Both the position numbers and the translations under genes were made by a program. Positions 31,970 through 41,813 of a stretch of 64,000 bases of DNA are shown in pieces. Origin of the DNA: Calditrichia bacterium (GTDB lineage Bacteria; Calditrichota; Calditrichia; JAJRVZ01); the NCBI GenBank assembly GCA_963796965.1, contig CAWCNS010000005.1, forward strand, positions 544,001 to 608,000, written 5' to 3'. Below the pieces are notes generated by a model. That model was not told the DNA's origin, searched no databases, and saw only the letters and a program-made list of their open reading frames with translations. Each line of letters begins with the position of its first letter. The first letter of the stretch is position 1.

Positions 31970-34187
31970 ATGATGGCAACACGTTTTAAACGGAGAGAGT
32001 TTATCAAAATTGCCGGAGCTGGCGCCGGAGCAGCCACTCTTGGAGGTTCTTTATATAAAGTATTTGGTCAGGAAGAATCTAATCCACCAATGGAAAGTGG
32101 TAAAGTCACAAAGACACCAACCTATTGTGAGATTTGTTTCTGGAAATGTGCCGGTTGGACCTATGCAGTTGATGGCAAACCATGGAAGGTAATCGGTAAT
32201 GATATTGACCCCAATTGTAATGGAAGACTTTGTCCCAGAGGAACAGGCGGCCTGGGAGCGTATACTGACACACAGCGTTTAAAAACACCCTTAATTCGAT
32301 CTGAAGTGGGTGGTAAACAGGTTTTTCGCAAAGCAAGCTGGGATGAAGCATTTGACCACATTGCCAAGAAAATGCAAAAGATTGCCGATGAACATGGACC
32401 TGAATGCATTGCCCTTTTTACCCATGGTTCCGGTGGGAATTATTTCAAAACTCTTCTCAAGGCCTTCGGCTCAAATAATATTGCAGCACCATCTTACGCT
32501 CAGTGCCGGGGTCCACGGGAAGAAGCGTATCTGCTCACTTATGGTGATGGTGTGGGTTCACCGGAAAGGACAGACATCGTCAACAGTAAATGCCTGGTTC
32601 TGTTAGGTTCACATCTGGGTGAAAATATGCATAACGGGCAGGTTCAGGAATTTACCGATGCTATCTCTGCCGGGGCGACTGTTATTACTGTTGATCCCCG
32701 ATTCTCAACCGCGGCCAGTAAATCAAAATACTGGCTACCGATCAGACCATCTACAGACATGGCACTCCTTTTAGCCTGGATTCATGTTATCATTAATGAA
32801 AATCTCTACGATAAAGCCTATGTTGAAAAATATACCCTCGGATTTGAGCAACTTAAGCAACATGTGAAGGATTATACACCGGAATGGGCCTATCCAATCA
32901 CCACCATCGAGCCTGGATTGATTAGAGAAACAGCCAGAGAAATGGCGAAACAAGCACCGGCAACACTTATTCATCCCGGACGTCATGTAACCTGGTATGG
33001 GGATGATACACAACGTGTACGTGCCGGGGCCATCCTCAATGCATTACTCGGTTCCTGGGGTCGGCGAGGTGGCTTTTATATGCCTGAAAAAACATCCCTT
33101 CCTAACTTAAAAACGCCCGCGTATCCGAAACCGAAAAGAACTTGGAAAGATGCCTATCCCGATCAGTATCCATTAGCTGAATCTGGCCCTTGCTTCCGGA
33201 ATTTGTGATGCAACCATTCCATCTACGGCCAGAGATTGTAGTTTTAAAGGCTGGTTCGTCTATGGAACAAATCTTATTCTAACACTTCCCAGGCCACAGC
33301 AAACCCTTAAAGCAATACAGAGCCTGGACTTGCTTGTGGCCATCGATTTAATGCCGGCAGAGATAACAGGCTGGGCCGATGTTATTCTACCGGAATGCTC
33401 CTACCTGGAAAGGTATGATGATCTTCGTTTGTCACCAGGAAGAAAAGCATCCGTCGCTCTCAGAGCTCCTGCGTTTGAGCCTAAGTATGATTCAAAACCA
33501 GCCTGGTGGATGGCCAAAGAATTAGCGAATCGTTTAAATTTAGGTGATTATTTTCCCTATGATCATATTGAAGAAAAACTTGATTTTCAATTAAAATCAA
33601 TTGGAAGTTCACTTGAAGATATGAAGAGTAAAGGCGTGGTGGTCATGGACCGTGAATCACCTCTCTACCTGGCAGAGAATGAAGATTATGAGTTTGATAC
33701 CCCCTCCGGTAAGATCGAACTTTATTCGACGCAACTTGCGGAGTATAAATTTAACCCAATGCCGGTCTATACAGATCATGAAAAGCCACCACAGGGTTTT
33801 TACAGACTTCTCTATGGCCGTGCTCCCATGCATACCTTTGGCAGAACCACCAACAACCCCCTTCTTTATGAGTTAAAAAAAGAAAATGAGGTATGGATTA
33901 ATCCAAAAGTTGCCAAAGAATGGGAAATTGAAGATAACGAATATGTACTTCTAGAAAATCAGGATGGTGCAGTGAGCAACCGTATTCGTGCAAAAGTAAC
34001 CGAGCGGATAAGACATGACTCTGTTTACATGGTACATGGATTTGGTCATAATCAGAAAAAGATGCCACGATCCTATCTTAAAGGTGCTGATGATACAGCA
34101 CTTATGACCCGCGTAAAAATTGATCCGATTATGGGGGGCACAGGGATGCGTGTTAATTTTGTAACCTTCAGGAAGGAGGTGGCCTGA
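31970..34187 (+). CDS. psrA: Polysulfide/thiosulfate reductase molybdopterin subunit (PsrA/PhsA-like); indel near 33188
   Basis: Tat signal KRREFIK, Fe-S motif CEICFWKC...LCPRG, putative Mo-ligand Cys in YAQCRGP, TPSGKIE. Confidence 0.88.
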
Positions 34188-34720
34188 TGCGATATGCCAT
34201 GGCGATAGATACCAAAAGATGTGTGGGCTGTTCAGATTGTGTTGTAGCCTGCCAAACAGAGAACAATGTACCACTTGGCTATTGCAAGGATTGGATTGTT
34301 GAGGAAACTGCAGGGAAATATCCGGATCTGCGAATGGAAATCCGTTCTGAACGATGCAACCAATGTGATAACTCACCCTGTGTTCGTTGCTGTCCAACTG
34401 GGGCAAGTCACTATAGTGATGGTGGCATTGTATTGGTGACAGCCAATAAATGTACAGGATGCAAGGCATGCGTCGCTTCATGTCCTTATGATGCCCGGTT
34501 TATACATCCGGAAGGCTATATAGATAAATGTACATTTTGTATCCATCGTGTGCGGGAGGGCAAAGATCCGGCCTGTGTATCGGTATGCCCTACGCATGCA
34601 ATGATTTTCGGTGATCTGGATAATCCGGCTGATGAGTTATCAAAACTTTTAAAATCACGGGATCATAAAACGCTCATCCCTGAAGCCGGTACTTCACCTA
34701 GGGTGTATTATTTATTGTAG
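34187..34720 (+). CDS. psrB: 4x[4Fe-4S] electron-transfer subunit (PsrB/NrfC-like)
   Basis: CVGCSDCVVAC, CNQC..PCVRCCP, CTGCKACVASCP, KCTFC...PACVSVCP. Confidence 0.92.
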   Translation: MRYAMAIDTKRCVGCSDCVVACQTENNVPLGYCKDWIVEETAGKYPDLRMEIRSERCNQCDNSPCVRCCPTGASHYSDGGIVLVTANKCTGCKACVASCPYDARFIHPEGYIDKCTFCIHRVREGKDPACVSVCPTHAMIFGDLDNPADELSKLLKSRDHKTLIPEAGTSPRVYYLL

Positions 34721-34737
34721 ACGAAAGATTTAAAGAG

Positions 34738-34837
34738 AAACACAAAGATCACAAAGAAGGCACTAAGTACACAATGATTTTTATAATATAAGTTTATTCT
34801 TTGAGACCTTTGAGGATTCTTTGAGTACTCTGTGTTT
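34738..34837. repeat. Inverted-repeat element, AAACACAAAG family
   Basis: AAACACAAAGATCACAAAG... / ...GTACTCTGTGTTT. Confidence 0.75.
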
Positions 34838-34863
34838 AATTAATATATTTTTGGAGAGAATAT

Positions 34864-35817
34864 ATGAATGAGATTGAAATTACCTCGGGAAGAATGAATC
34901 CGCATATTGATCCGCATCTGACGATCTGGGGATGGGAGATCCCCCTCTATCTGTTCATTGGTGGATTGGTAGCCGGGTTACTTTTCTTTTCTACCCTTTT
35001 CTATCTTAGAGGGAAACAAAAAGAATTTTCAACCGTTGTCATGAAAGCGCCGTTGTTGGCCGGGCCATTGATTGTTTTAGGCCTGCTCGCCTTATTTTTA
35101 GATTTGAGTCATAAACTATATGTCTGGCGTTTCTATACAGATTTACGGCTGGAATCCCCCATGTCGTGGGGTTCATGGACATTAATGGTTATTACACCTC
35201 TGAGTTTTTTATGGAGTATGATTTGGATTGAGGAAATCTGGCCCGGGTTTAAGTGGCCTCATATCTGGCTTAAAAATATCGTAGATTTTTCCAAAAGATA
35301 TATCCGACAAATTGCCTGGACCTTATTGATCGGTGCTCTGGTTCTCGGTATGTATACGGGTATTTTGCTTTCGGCATTCAATGCCCGACCCTTCTGGAAT
35401 TCTGCGATTATGGGCCCCTTATTTCTTGTATCCGGACTTTCTACCGGTGCGGCAATGATTTTAATACTTTCAAAATCAGAGACCGAAAAAAAACTACTTA
35501 GCAAAATTGATGTCACCCTCATTGGGCTTGAACTGTTTTTAATTACGCATCTATTTATGGGATTTCTCGCCAGTACTGAAGTACATATTCAAGCGGCAGG
35601 ACTCTTTCTGGGTGGACAATATACATCCGTATTCTGGGTCTTTGTTGTGGGTTTAGGCCTTATATTACCAATGACCATTGAAGCCTTGGAACTCAAAGGA
35701 TTGCATATATCTCCCAAAATACCGGCCATGCTTGTACTGATCGGTGGATTGATATTGCGATTTATTATTGTGGATGCCGGCCAAACATCACGCTGGCTTT
35801 ATAAATTTATGCAATGA
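34864..35817 (+). CDS. psrC: NrfD/PsrC membrane anchor subunit
   Basis: WGWEIPLYLFIGG, LDL, SPMSWGSW, YTGILLS..ARPFW. Confidence 0.92.
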   Translation: MNEIEITSGRMNPHIDPHLTIWGWEIPLYLFIGGLVAGLLFFSTLFYLRGKQKEFSTVVMKAPLLAGPLIVLGLLALFLDLSHKLYVWRFYTDLRLESPMSWGSWTLMVITPLSFLWSMIWIEEIWPGFKWPHIWLKNIVDFSKRYIRQIAWTLLIGALVLGMYTGILLSAFNARPFWNSAIMGPLFLVSGLSTGAAMILILSKSETEKKLLSKIDVTLIGLELFLITHLFMGFLASTEVHIQAAGLFLGGQYTSVFWVFVVGLGLILPMTIEALELKGLHISPKIPAMLVLIGGLILRFIIVDAGQTSRWLYKFMQ

Positions 35818-35936
35818 TCAATTCGAATAACGTGGAGCGTTGAGCGTAGAGCGTAGTGCGTTGAAAGAAGAGTAGAGACGGGCCGGTGGGCCGTCTGAGA
35901 ACATTCAATAATCAACACGTAATATTCAATGTTCAA

Positions 35937-35962
35937 GTAGGGGCGGACCTGTTTGTCCGCTC
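35937..35962 (+). repeat. Solitary GTAG-type REP-like hairpin
   Basis: GTAG-GGGCGGAC-CTGTTT-GTCCGCTC. Confidence 0.5.
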
Positions 35963-36171
35963 GTAGGAAGAGGAGAGAACAGAGAAGCGAGAAGGCAGAA
36001 GAGCGTGGAGCATAGAGCGTAGAGCGTTGAGGGTAGTAATTACAAGTTACTAATTATGAAATACGATAATGCAATCTATAAATTTCTATCGAACTTTGTT
36101 TTTTTCGTGTCTTCTATGTGCTCATTGTGATAAAAAAAGAATATTACACAAACTAAAAATTTGAGGAAAAA

Positions 36172-36684
36172 ATGGAAAAAAAGAACTACATGAATCCCTA
36201 TGTGGCAGGCGTTGGACTCGGGATCACACTATTACTCGCCTTCGTATTGGTAGGTCGTGGATTGGGTGCCTCCGGTGCGGTTATGCGGTTTACCGCCTGG
36301 ATCACCTCACTGTTCTCTGCTGAGCACGTTAATAATAATATTTATTTTGCGAAATATGCAGGAGAAGGAATCAATCCATTTAAAAACTGGCTGGTGTATG
36401 AGGTCATCGGTGTGATTGTTGGTGGATTTCTATCAGGATTATTGGCCGGCCGGTTAAAGTTTTTTACAGATAAGGGACCTCAGATAACAAACAAGATGCG
36501 TTGGGTATTTGCTTTTTTGGGCGGTAGTCTGATGGGATTTGGCGCACGATTAGCCTATGGTTGCACAAGTGGACAAGCGTTAACCGGTGGGGCAACTCTG
36601 GCATTAGGAAGCTGGGCGTTTATGTTTGCCGTCTTTGGCGGCGGCTACCTCACAGCCTACTGGGTAAGAAGATTGTGGATCTAA
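36172..36684 (+). CDS. YeeE/YedE sulfur-compound transporter, half-size subunit 1
   Basis: GFGARLAYGCTSGQ motif, hydrophobic. Confidence 0.9.
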   Translation: MEKKNYMNPYVAGVGLGITLLLAFVLVGRGLGASGAVMRFTAWITSLFSAEHVNNNIYFAKYAGEGINPFKNWLVYEVIGVIVGGFLSGLLAGRLKFFTDKGPQITNKMRWVFAFLGGSLMGFGARLAYGCTSGQALTGGATLALGSWAFMFAVFGGGYLTAYWVRRLWI

Positions 36685-36815
36685 CCAGCAGAATAGCAGA
36701 AACGAAATTACATAGCGCAAAGCGCATGGCAGTTGAAATTATGATTAGCTGACACTCCATGCGCCAGGCTCTATGCATCCATTCAAAAATTAAAATATTA
36801 TTTAAGAGGATAAAA

Positions 36816-37412
36816 ATGGCTCCATTTTATAAGACAGGATTATTTGGCGATCAGGTTAGCTTGGTTATCGCCTTCGCGATTGGTATTAGTTTTGGGTTCT
36901 GGTTAGAACGGGCTGGTTTTGGTTCATCACGAAAATTAGCAGCACAATTTTATTTTACAGATATGACCGTATTAAAAGTTATGTTTACAGCGATCATTAC
37001 TGCTATGACAGGACTGTTGTTTTTTAGTTTATTCGGCTGGATTGACTTGAGTCTACTTTACATAAATCCAACCTATATCTGGCCCCAAATTATTGGTGGT
37101 CTGGTCTTAGGTGTTGGCTTTGTAATTGGTGGATATTGCCCGGGTACTTCTCTGGTTGCCGGGGCAACAGGCAAAATTGATGGCTACTTCTTTATTGGCG
37201 GTGCAATGGCCGGCATGTTTGTATTCGGTGAAGTATATACCTGGATAGAAAGTTTTCATAAAAGTGGTGCCATGGGTACGATGCTTATCTCCGATTGGCT
37301 CAATCTCTCAATGGGAATAATTGGATTTGGTGTTATTTTGATGGCATTAGCCATGTTTTGGGGTGGTGAATGGCTGGAAAAAAAGTTCAGCAAACAGGAG
37401 GCGACAACATGA
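36816..37412 (+). CDS. YeeE/YedE sulfur-compound transporter, half-size subunit 2
   Basis: LERAGF, GGYCPGTS motifs. Start moved to MAPFYK, which follows an AGAGGA RBS. Confidence 0.9.
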   Translation: MAPFYKTGLFGDQVSLVIAFAIGISFGFWLERAGFGSSRKLAAQFYFTDMTVLKVMFTAIITAMTGLLFFSLFGWIDLSLLYINPTYIWPQIIGGLVLGVGFVIGGYCPGTSLVAGATGKIDGYFFIGGAMAGMFVFGEVYTWIESFHKSGAMGTMLISDWLNLSMGIIGFGVILMALAMFWGGEWLEKKFSKQEATT

Positions 37413-38041
37413 AAACTTTATCAATCAAACAAGTTGCCGTGCTAATAGCAGTTCTGCTTGGTTTGATTCTGGCATTTTCTCCGGTAAACAATAATCCAGT
37501 ATTGGAAAATGATCCAAACCAACTGGCTAATGACATTATTGATCGCAACGATCATATTACGGCGGAACAGCTGGGAAAACTCATTATAGATGAAGATCCG
37601 GATTATCAACTCATTGATCTACGAGACAGCGCTGACTATGAAATTTTTCATATTAAAACGGCTATAAATCTTCCCATGCAGAAGCTTTTTATGAATGACA
37701 ATCTGGACTATATCGATCCGGAAAAATTAGTTGTATTATATACCAATGGTGGTACACATGCCGCCCAGGCCTGGGTATTATTACAAGCACAAGGTATTAC
37801 CAATACCGCTGTTTTATTAGGTGGTTTAAATTATTGGGTAGAGGTCTACAGCAATCCGACCCCCCCGGAAGGCGTTTATGCTGATTCTGAATTATCTAAT
37901 TTTCAATTTCGAATGGCTGCAGGTGATTACCTGATGGGAAATGTAAAATCGGATGAAAAAAAGACCGATAAGACATCTGCTCCTGAAATAAAAATTCCAC
38001 ACCGAAAGAAAAAAGCCAAAAAGGGTGATGAGGGTTGCTAA
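37409..38041 (+). CDS. Exported or membrane-anchored rhodanese-like protein lacking the loop Cys, with C-terminal ...EGC
   Basis: LIDLR, HIKTAIN, LLGGLNYW; loop reads LYTNGG. ATGA overlap with the upstream stop. Confidence 0.85.
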   Translation: MKTLSIKQVAVLIAVLLGLILAFSPVNNNPVLENDPNQLANDIIDRNDHITAEQLGKLIIDEDPDYQLIDLRDSADYEIFHIKTAINLPMQKLFMNDNLDYIDPEKLVVLYTNGGTHAAQAWVLLQAQGITNTAVLLGGLNYWVEVYSNPTPPEGVYADSELSNFQFRMAAGDYLMGNVKSDEKKTDKTSAPEIKIPHRKKKAKKGDEGC

Positions 38042-38080
38042 GCAGCCCTTCCCACTACTTCAATCATAAATCATATTATG

Positions 38081-38102
38081 GAGACGCGATGAATCGCGTC
38101 TC
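38081..38102. repeat. Solitary REP related to the array REP
   Basis: GAGACGCGAT-GA-ATCGCGTCTC shares the CGCGATGAATCGCG core. Confidence 0.7.
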
Positions 38103-38284
38103 TGCTTTCCACCTCCTCTTTTTACATTTGACCATCCACATTTTATTCTCACGCAAAGACGCTAAGCCTCAGCATATCTGAAGACAAAAGAAAAAAGATA
38201 AAAGATAAAAAATCGTTGCGGCGTTGTGGCGCTGTGCGAAATAAAAAATTTCATATGGATAAAATTTATATAATTTTTTTTAAT

Positions 38285-38329
38285 ATCTATATCATTTAAT
38301 GTAGATTTCCTATAATTAATGTTGTAGAT
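38285..38329. promoter_or_regulatory. Two tandem operator palindromes upstream of merR paralog 3
   Basis: ATCTATAT-CATTTA-ATGTAGAT (38285-38306) and TCCTATAA-TTAATG-TTGTAGAT (38308-38329); the second overlaps TATAAT at 38311. Confidence 0.65.
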
Positions 38330-38335
38330 TTGTAT

Positions 38336-38785
38336 ATGGATAATTCAAGTATTAATAAATATGAACCTGTATTAACCATTGGGACGGTCGCAGCCAAACT
38401 GGGTATTTCAGTCCAGTCAGTCCGATTATATGAACAAGAAGGACTGGTCCTTCCCCATAAATCAAAAGCGGGACATAGAATGTTCTCTCTTCATGACCTG
38501 GAGAGATTAAAGTGTGTACGAGAAATGTTAACCACGGGCGGGTTAAACATTAATGGTGTCAGAAGATTGATGTCAATGGTTCCATGCTGGGACTATAAGG
38601 GGGGGCTTGATGATGATTGTAAAAATTGTCCAGTCTACTATGAGACAACCGGTCCCTGTTGGACACGTGGAGATGTTGGTCCAAAATGTCAGCTGGTTGA
38701 TTGCCGGGACTGTGCTGTATATAGGTTAGAAATAAGTTGCAAAAAGATGAAAGAAATTGTATTCCAGCGACAAAAGAAAATTTAG
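38336..38785 (+). CDS. MerR-family Cys-rich regulator, paralog 3
   Basis: IGTVAAKLGISVQSVRLYEQEGLV HTH; PCW...PCW...CRDC.VY...C. Confidence 0.92.
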   Translation: MDNSSINKYEPVLTIGTVAAKLGISVQSVRLYEQEGLVLPHKSKAGHRMFSLHDLERLKCVREMLTTGGLNINGVRRLMSMVPCWDYKGGLDDDCKNCPVYYETTGPCWTRGDVGPKCQLVDCRDCAVYRLEISCKKMKEIVFQRQKKI

Positions 38786-38916
38786 AAAACAAAATTAGTA
38801 ATTCGGAATTTGGTTTTAAATATATATTCGGTAATACACAATAAAATAGATTAATGTAACGGCCATGTGATATTATTCCTTAGGGATTTAAGGTGATGGT
38901 GAAAGGAGAAAATTAA

Positions 38917-40149
38917 ATGAAGAAACTTGTCATTCTGGGTGGTGGCACCGCCGGTACAATGATGGCGAACAAGCTAGCACCGGTAATTGATCGATATGAT
39001 TGCCAGATCACATTAGTAGATCAAAATGAAACACATTATTATCAACCTGGGTTTTTGTTTATCCCATTTGAGATTTATACTGAAGAGGATGTAAAAAAAC
39101 CAAAAAGAGATTATTTTCCCTCCGGCATTGAAGTCATTATGTCTTCTATTGAAGGAATTTTACCTAAAGAAAACAAAGTAAAACTTGCTAATGGAAAAAT
39201 TTTAAATTACGACTATTTAATCATTGCAACAGGAAGCCGTATTGCCCCGGAAGAAATCGAAGGTATGGAAGATGGTGGTTGGCGTCAAAATATTTTTGAT
39301 TTTTATACACCTGATGGTGCTGTTGCTTTGGCAAAATTCCTAAAGTATTGGGAAGGTGGCAAGATGGTGTTAAATATTGCCGAAATGCCCATCAAATGTC
39401 CTGTGGCCCCGCTTGAATTTGTCTTTCTCGCCGATTGGTGGTTTACAGAACAGGGTATTCGTGATAAGGTCGATATTGAGTTTGTTACACCTCTACCCGG
39501 AGCCTTTACCAAACCTATCGCCTCAAAATTTCTTGGCCAGTTCCTGGAGGACAAAAACATCAACTTAACCGCTGAGTTTAGCATTGCACGCGTAGACAGC
39601 AGTCAAAACAAGATCAAATCCTGGGATGAGAAAGAGATTGAATATGATCTATTAGTTACCATACCAACTAACATGGGTTCAGATGTAATTGGCGAATCGG
39701 GTATGGGAGATGACCTGAACTTTATTTCCACAGATCCACAGACCTTGCAATCAAAAGATTATGAAAATGTTTTCGTTCTCGGTGATGCCACTGATTTACC
39801 TAGTTCAAAAGCAGGATCAGTAGCCCACTTCCAGGCCGATGTCCTATATGAGAATATTCTTCGCGCCATGGAAGGTCGAAAATTAGAGCCCGGTTTTGAT
39901 GGTCATGCGAATTGTTTTATTGAATCGGGCTTTGGCAAGGGCATTCTTATCGATTTTAATTATGATGTTGAACCGCTCCCGGGGAAATTTCCTTTACCCG
40001 GAGTAGGCCCCTTTTCCCTGTTGGAAGAAACACGTATGAATCATTGGGGAAAAATGTCATTTCGTTGGGTATACTGGAATCTTTTACTTAAAGGCGCAGA
40101 ACTTCCTATTGAGGCCCAGATGAATATGGCCGGAAAGAAGGGGCAATAA
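38917..40149 (+). CDS. sqr: Sulfide:quinone oxidoreductase, type III-like
   Basis: GGGTAG, HYYQPG, IKCPVAPLE, SKAGSVAH, GHANCF. Confidence 0.88.
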   Translation: MKKLVILGGGTAGTMMANKLAPVIDRYDCQITLVDQNETHYYQPGFLFIPFEIYTEEDVKKPKRDYFPSGIEVIMSSIEGILPKENKVKLANGKILNYDYLIIATGSRIAPEEIEGMEDGGWRQNIFDFYTPDGAVALAKFLKYWEGGKMVLNIAEMPIKCPVAPLEFVFLADWWFTEQGIRDKVDIEFVTPLPGAFTKPIASKFLGQFLEDKNINLTAEFSIARVDSSQNKIKSWDEKEIEYDLLVTIPTNMGSDVIGESGMGDDLNFISTDPQTLQSKDYENVFVLGDATDLPSSKAGSVAHFQADVLYENILRAMEGRKLEPGFDGHANCFIESGFGKGILIDFNYDVEPLPGKFPLPGVGPFSLLEETRMNHWGKMSFRWVYWNLLLKGAELPIEAQMNMAGKKGQ

Positions 40150-40150
40150 T

Positions 40151-40838
40151 ATGGAACCAAAAGCCCTGGAAAAAGAATTATCTGAGATTCATCAAAAACT
40201 TGATTTTATCACGGACCAAATGAAGGAATATCAGCAACGTCAGCGTGAGATCAAGGAACTAAAGGATGACTTTTCATTGATTGCTAAAGATGTTTTTGAT
40301 GCCACTGTAGAGGGTTTAGAAGATGTGGCGCCCTATTTTGACAGTAATGATCTGATCCATTTATTCAAAAAACTCTTGAGAAATACAAAAAATCTTAACC
40401 GGCTATTAACACAATTAGAAAGTGCTGAAGATCTTTTCTCAGATTTACAGCCTCTTGGCAAGCAGATGTTTGATCAGCTATTGGAGACATTAAATGAATT
40501 GGACAAAAAGGGATACTTTGATTTTTTCACAGAATCGGTCAAAATAGTAGATACGGTTATCACTTCTTTTTCAGTGGAAGATGTGCGTATGCTCAGAGAA
40601 AATATTACCCCAATGCTACTCACTGTAAAGAGCATGACCCAACCCGAGATGCTGGCAACAGTTGACAATGCCCTTGGTTTTTTCCAAAAAATGGATATTA
40701 CAGTAGACCAGGATGTTTCATACTTTCAAATATTTAAAGAAATGAGGAAATCCAGAAGTTAAAAAGGGCATGATATTTATGCTCGAATTTATAAAAAACA
40801 TGGCAAAGCCAAACAATGATTCTATAACCAAATCTTAA
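40151..40838 (+). CDS. DUF1641-like SQR-associated protein; indel near 40747
   Basis: Helical protein directly after sqr. The frameshifted tail reads NPEVKKGMIFML, as expected for DUF1641. Confidence 0.7.
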
Positions 40839-40852
40839 GAAGGAGAAAAATT

Positions 40853-41170
40853 ATGGCAAGCAAGACCTATGCAGGAAAAACAGTAGAAGTCAATGATGAA
40901 GGCTTTTTGACCAATCCAGATGATTGGACTGAAGAAATGGCCCCCGAATTGGCAAAAGAAGTGGGAATTAACGAGTTAAGTGACACACATTGGAAAGTGA
41001 TTCGTTTTATGCGTGATGATTTTAAAGAAAAGGGACAAATTCCTACAATCAGACGAATCAAAAATGCGGGTGGGGTTCCAACAAAAGATGTTTATGACGC
41101 ATTTCCTAACGGCCCGGCAAAAAAAGCAGCAATGATCAGTGGACTGGGTAAGCCACAAGGTTGTGTTTAA
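40853..41170 (+). CDS. TusE/DsrC-family sulfur relay protein, single C-terminal Cys
   Basis: DEGFL...W, HWKVI, GP.K.A...GL.KP.GCV. Confidence 0.9.
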   Translation: MASKTYAGKTVEVNDEGFLTNPDDWTEEMAPELAKEVGINELSDTHWKVIRFMRDDFKEKGQIPTIRRIKNAGGVPTKDVYDAFPNGPAKKAAMISGLGKPQGCV

Positions 41171-41334
41171 ACTGGATACTGCGAAACTCGTAACTGGATA
41201 ACTTGATAATTCCCATCTCGATAAACAATTCTTTTCTTTCTGGTTGATTTATCACTTATCAAGAATCGCGTATCTATTCAAGAATCTGAATCCGATTTTC
41301 AATTATATGAATGTATTTATCAAGGAGACGTGAA

Positions 41335-41805
41335 ATGTCAGAAGAAAAAATTAAAAAAGTATCGATCGTAGTATCCAAAGGATCTCTTGAAGGTGTTTAT
41401 CCAGGTCTAATTATGGCCAACGGCGCACGCATGGAAGGCATAGAAGCGAATTTGTTTTTTACTTTTTTTGGGTTGGAGGCGATAATCAAGAAAAAAATGG
41501 ATAAGCTTAAAGTGGCCACAGTTGGAAACCCAGCCATGCATATGCCCACTATGTTGGGAATGATTCCAGGCATGTCAGCCTTTGCGACCTCTATGATGAA
41601 AAAAGAGATGGACAAGATTGATGTTCCCCCGGTGGGAGAATTTGTCGAAATGATTTATGATGCTGGGGCGAAATTGTATGCTTGTAAAGCAACCGTTGAT
41701 ATGTTTCACCTTACCCAGGACGATTTTTGTGAACAAACAGACAGCATCATAAATGTTGCAAGATTCTACGAAGTTTCAGCAGGTGGTCAGATTATTTTCA
41801 CCTAA
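41335..41805 (+). CDS. DsrE/DsrF/DrsH-like (DsrE2) sulfur transferase family protein
   Basis: SKGSLE, LFFTFFGL, KLYACKAT. Confidence 0.88.
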   Translation: MSEEKIKKVSIVVSKGSLEGVYPGLIMANGARMEGIEANLFFTFFGLEAIIKKKMDKLKVATVGNPAMHMPTMLGMIPGMSAFATSMMKKEMDKIDVPPVGEFVEMIYDAGAKLYACKATVDMFHLTQDDFCEQTDSIINVARFYEVSAGGQIIFT

Positions 41806-41813
41806 ACCTTAAT

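Noticed and set aside
33180..33210. Selenocysteine read-through at the TGA ending the first psrA ORF
   Set aside because: The protein continues in another frame (ESGLASGICDATIP) after removing one C from GGCCCTT. The TGA is out of frame in the corrected gene.
40853..41170. DsrC indicating dissimilatory sulfite reduction
   Set aside because: It lacks the second conserved Cys of true DsrC, and no dsrAB or dsrMK genes are in the window.
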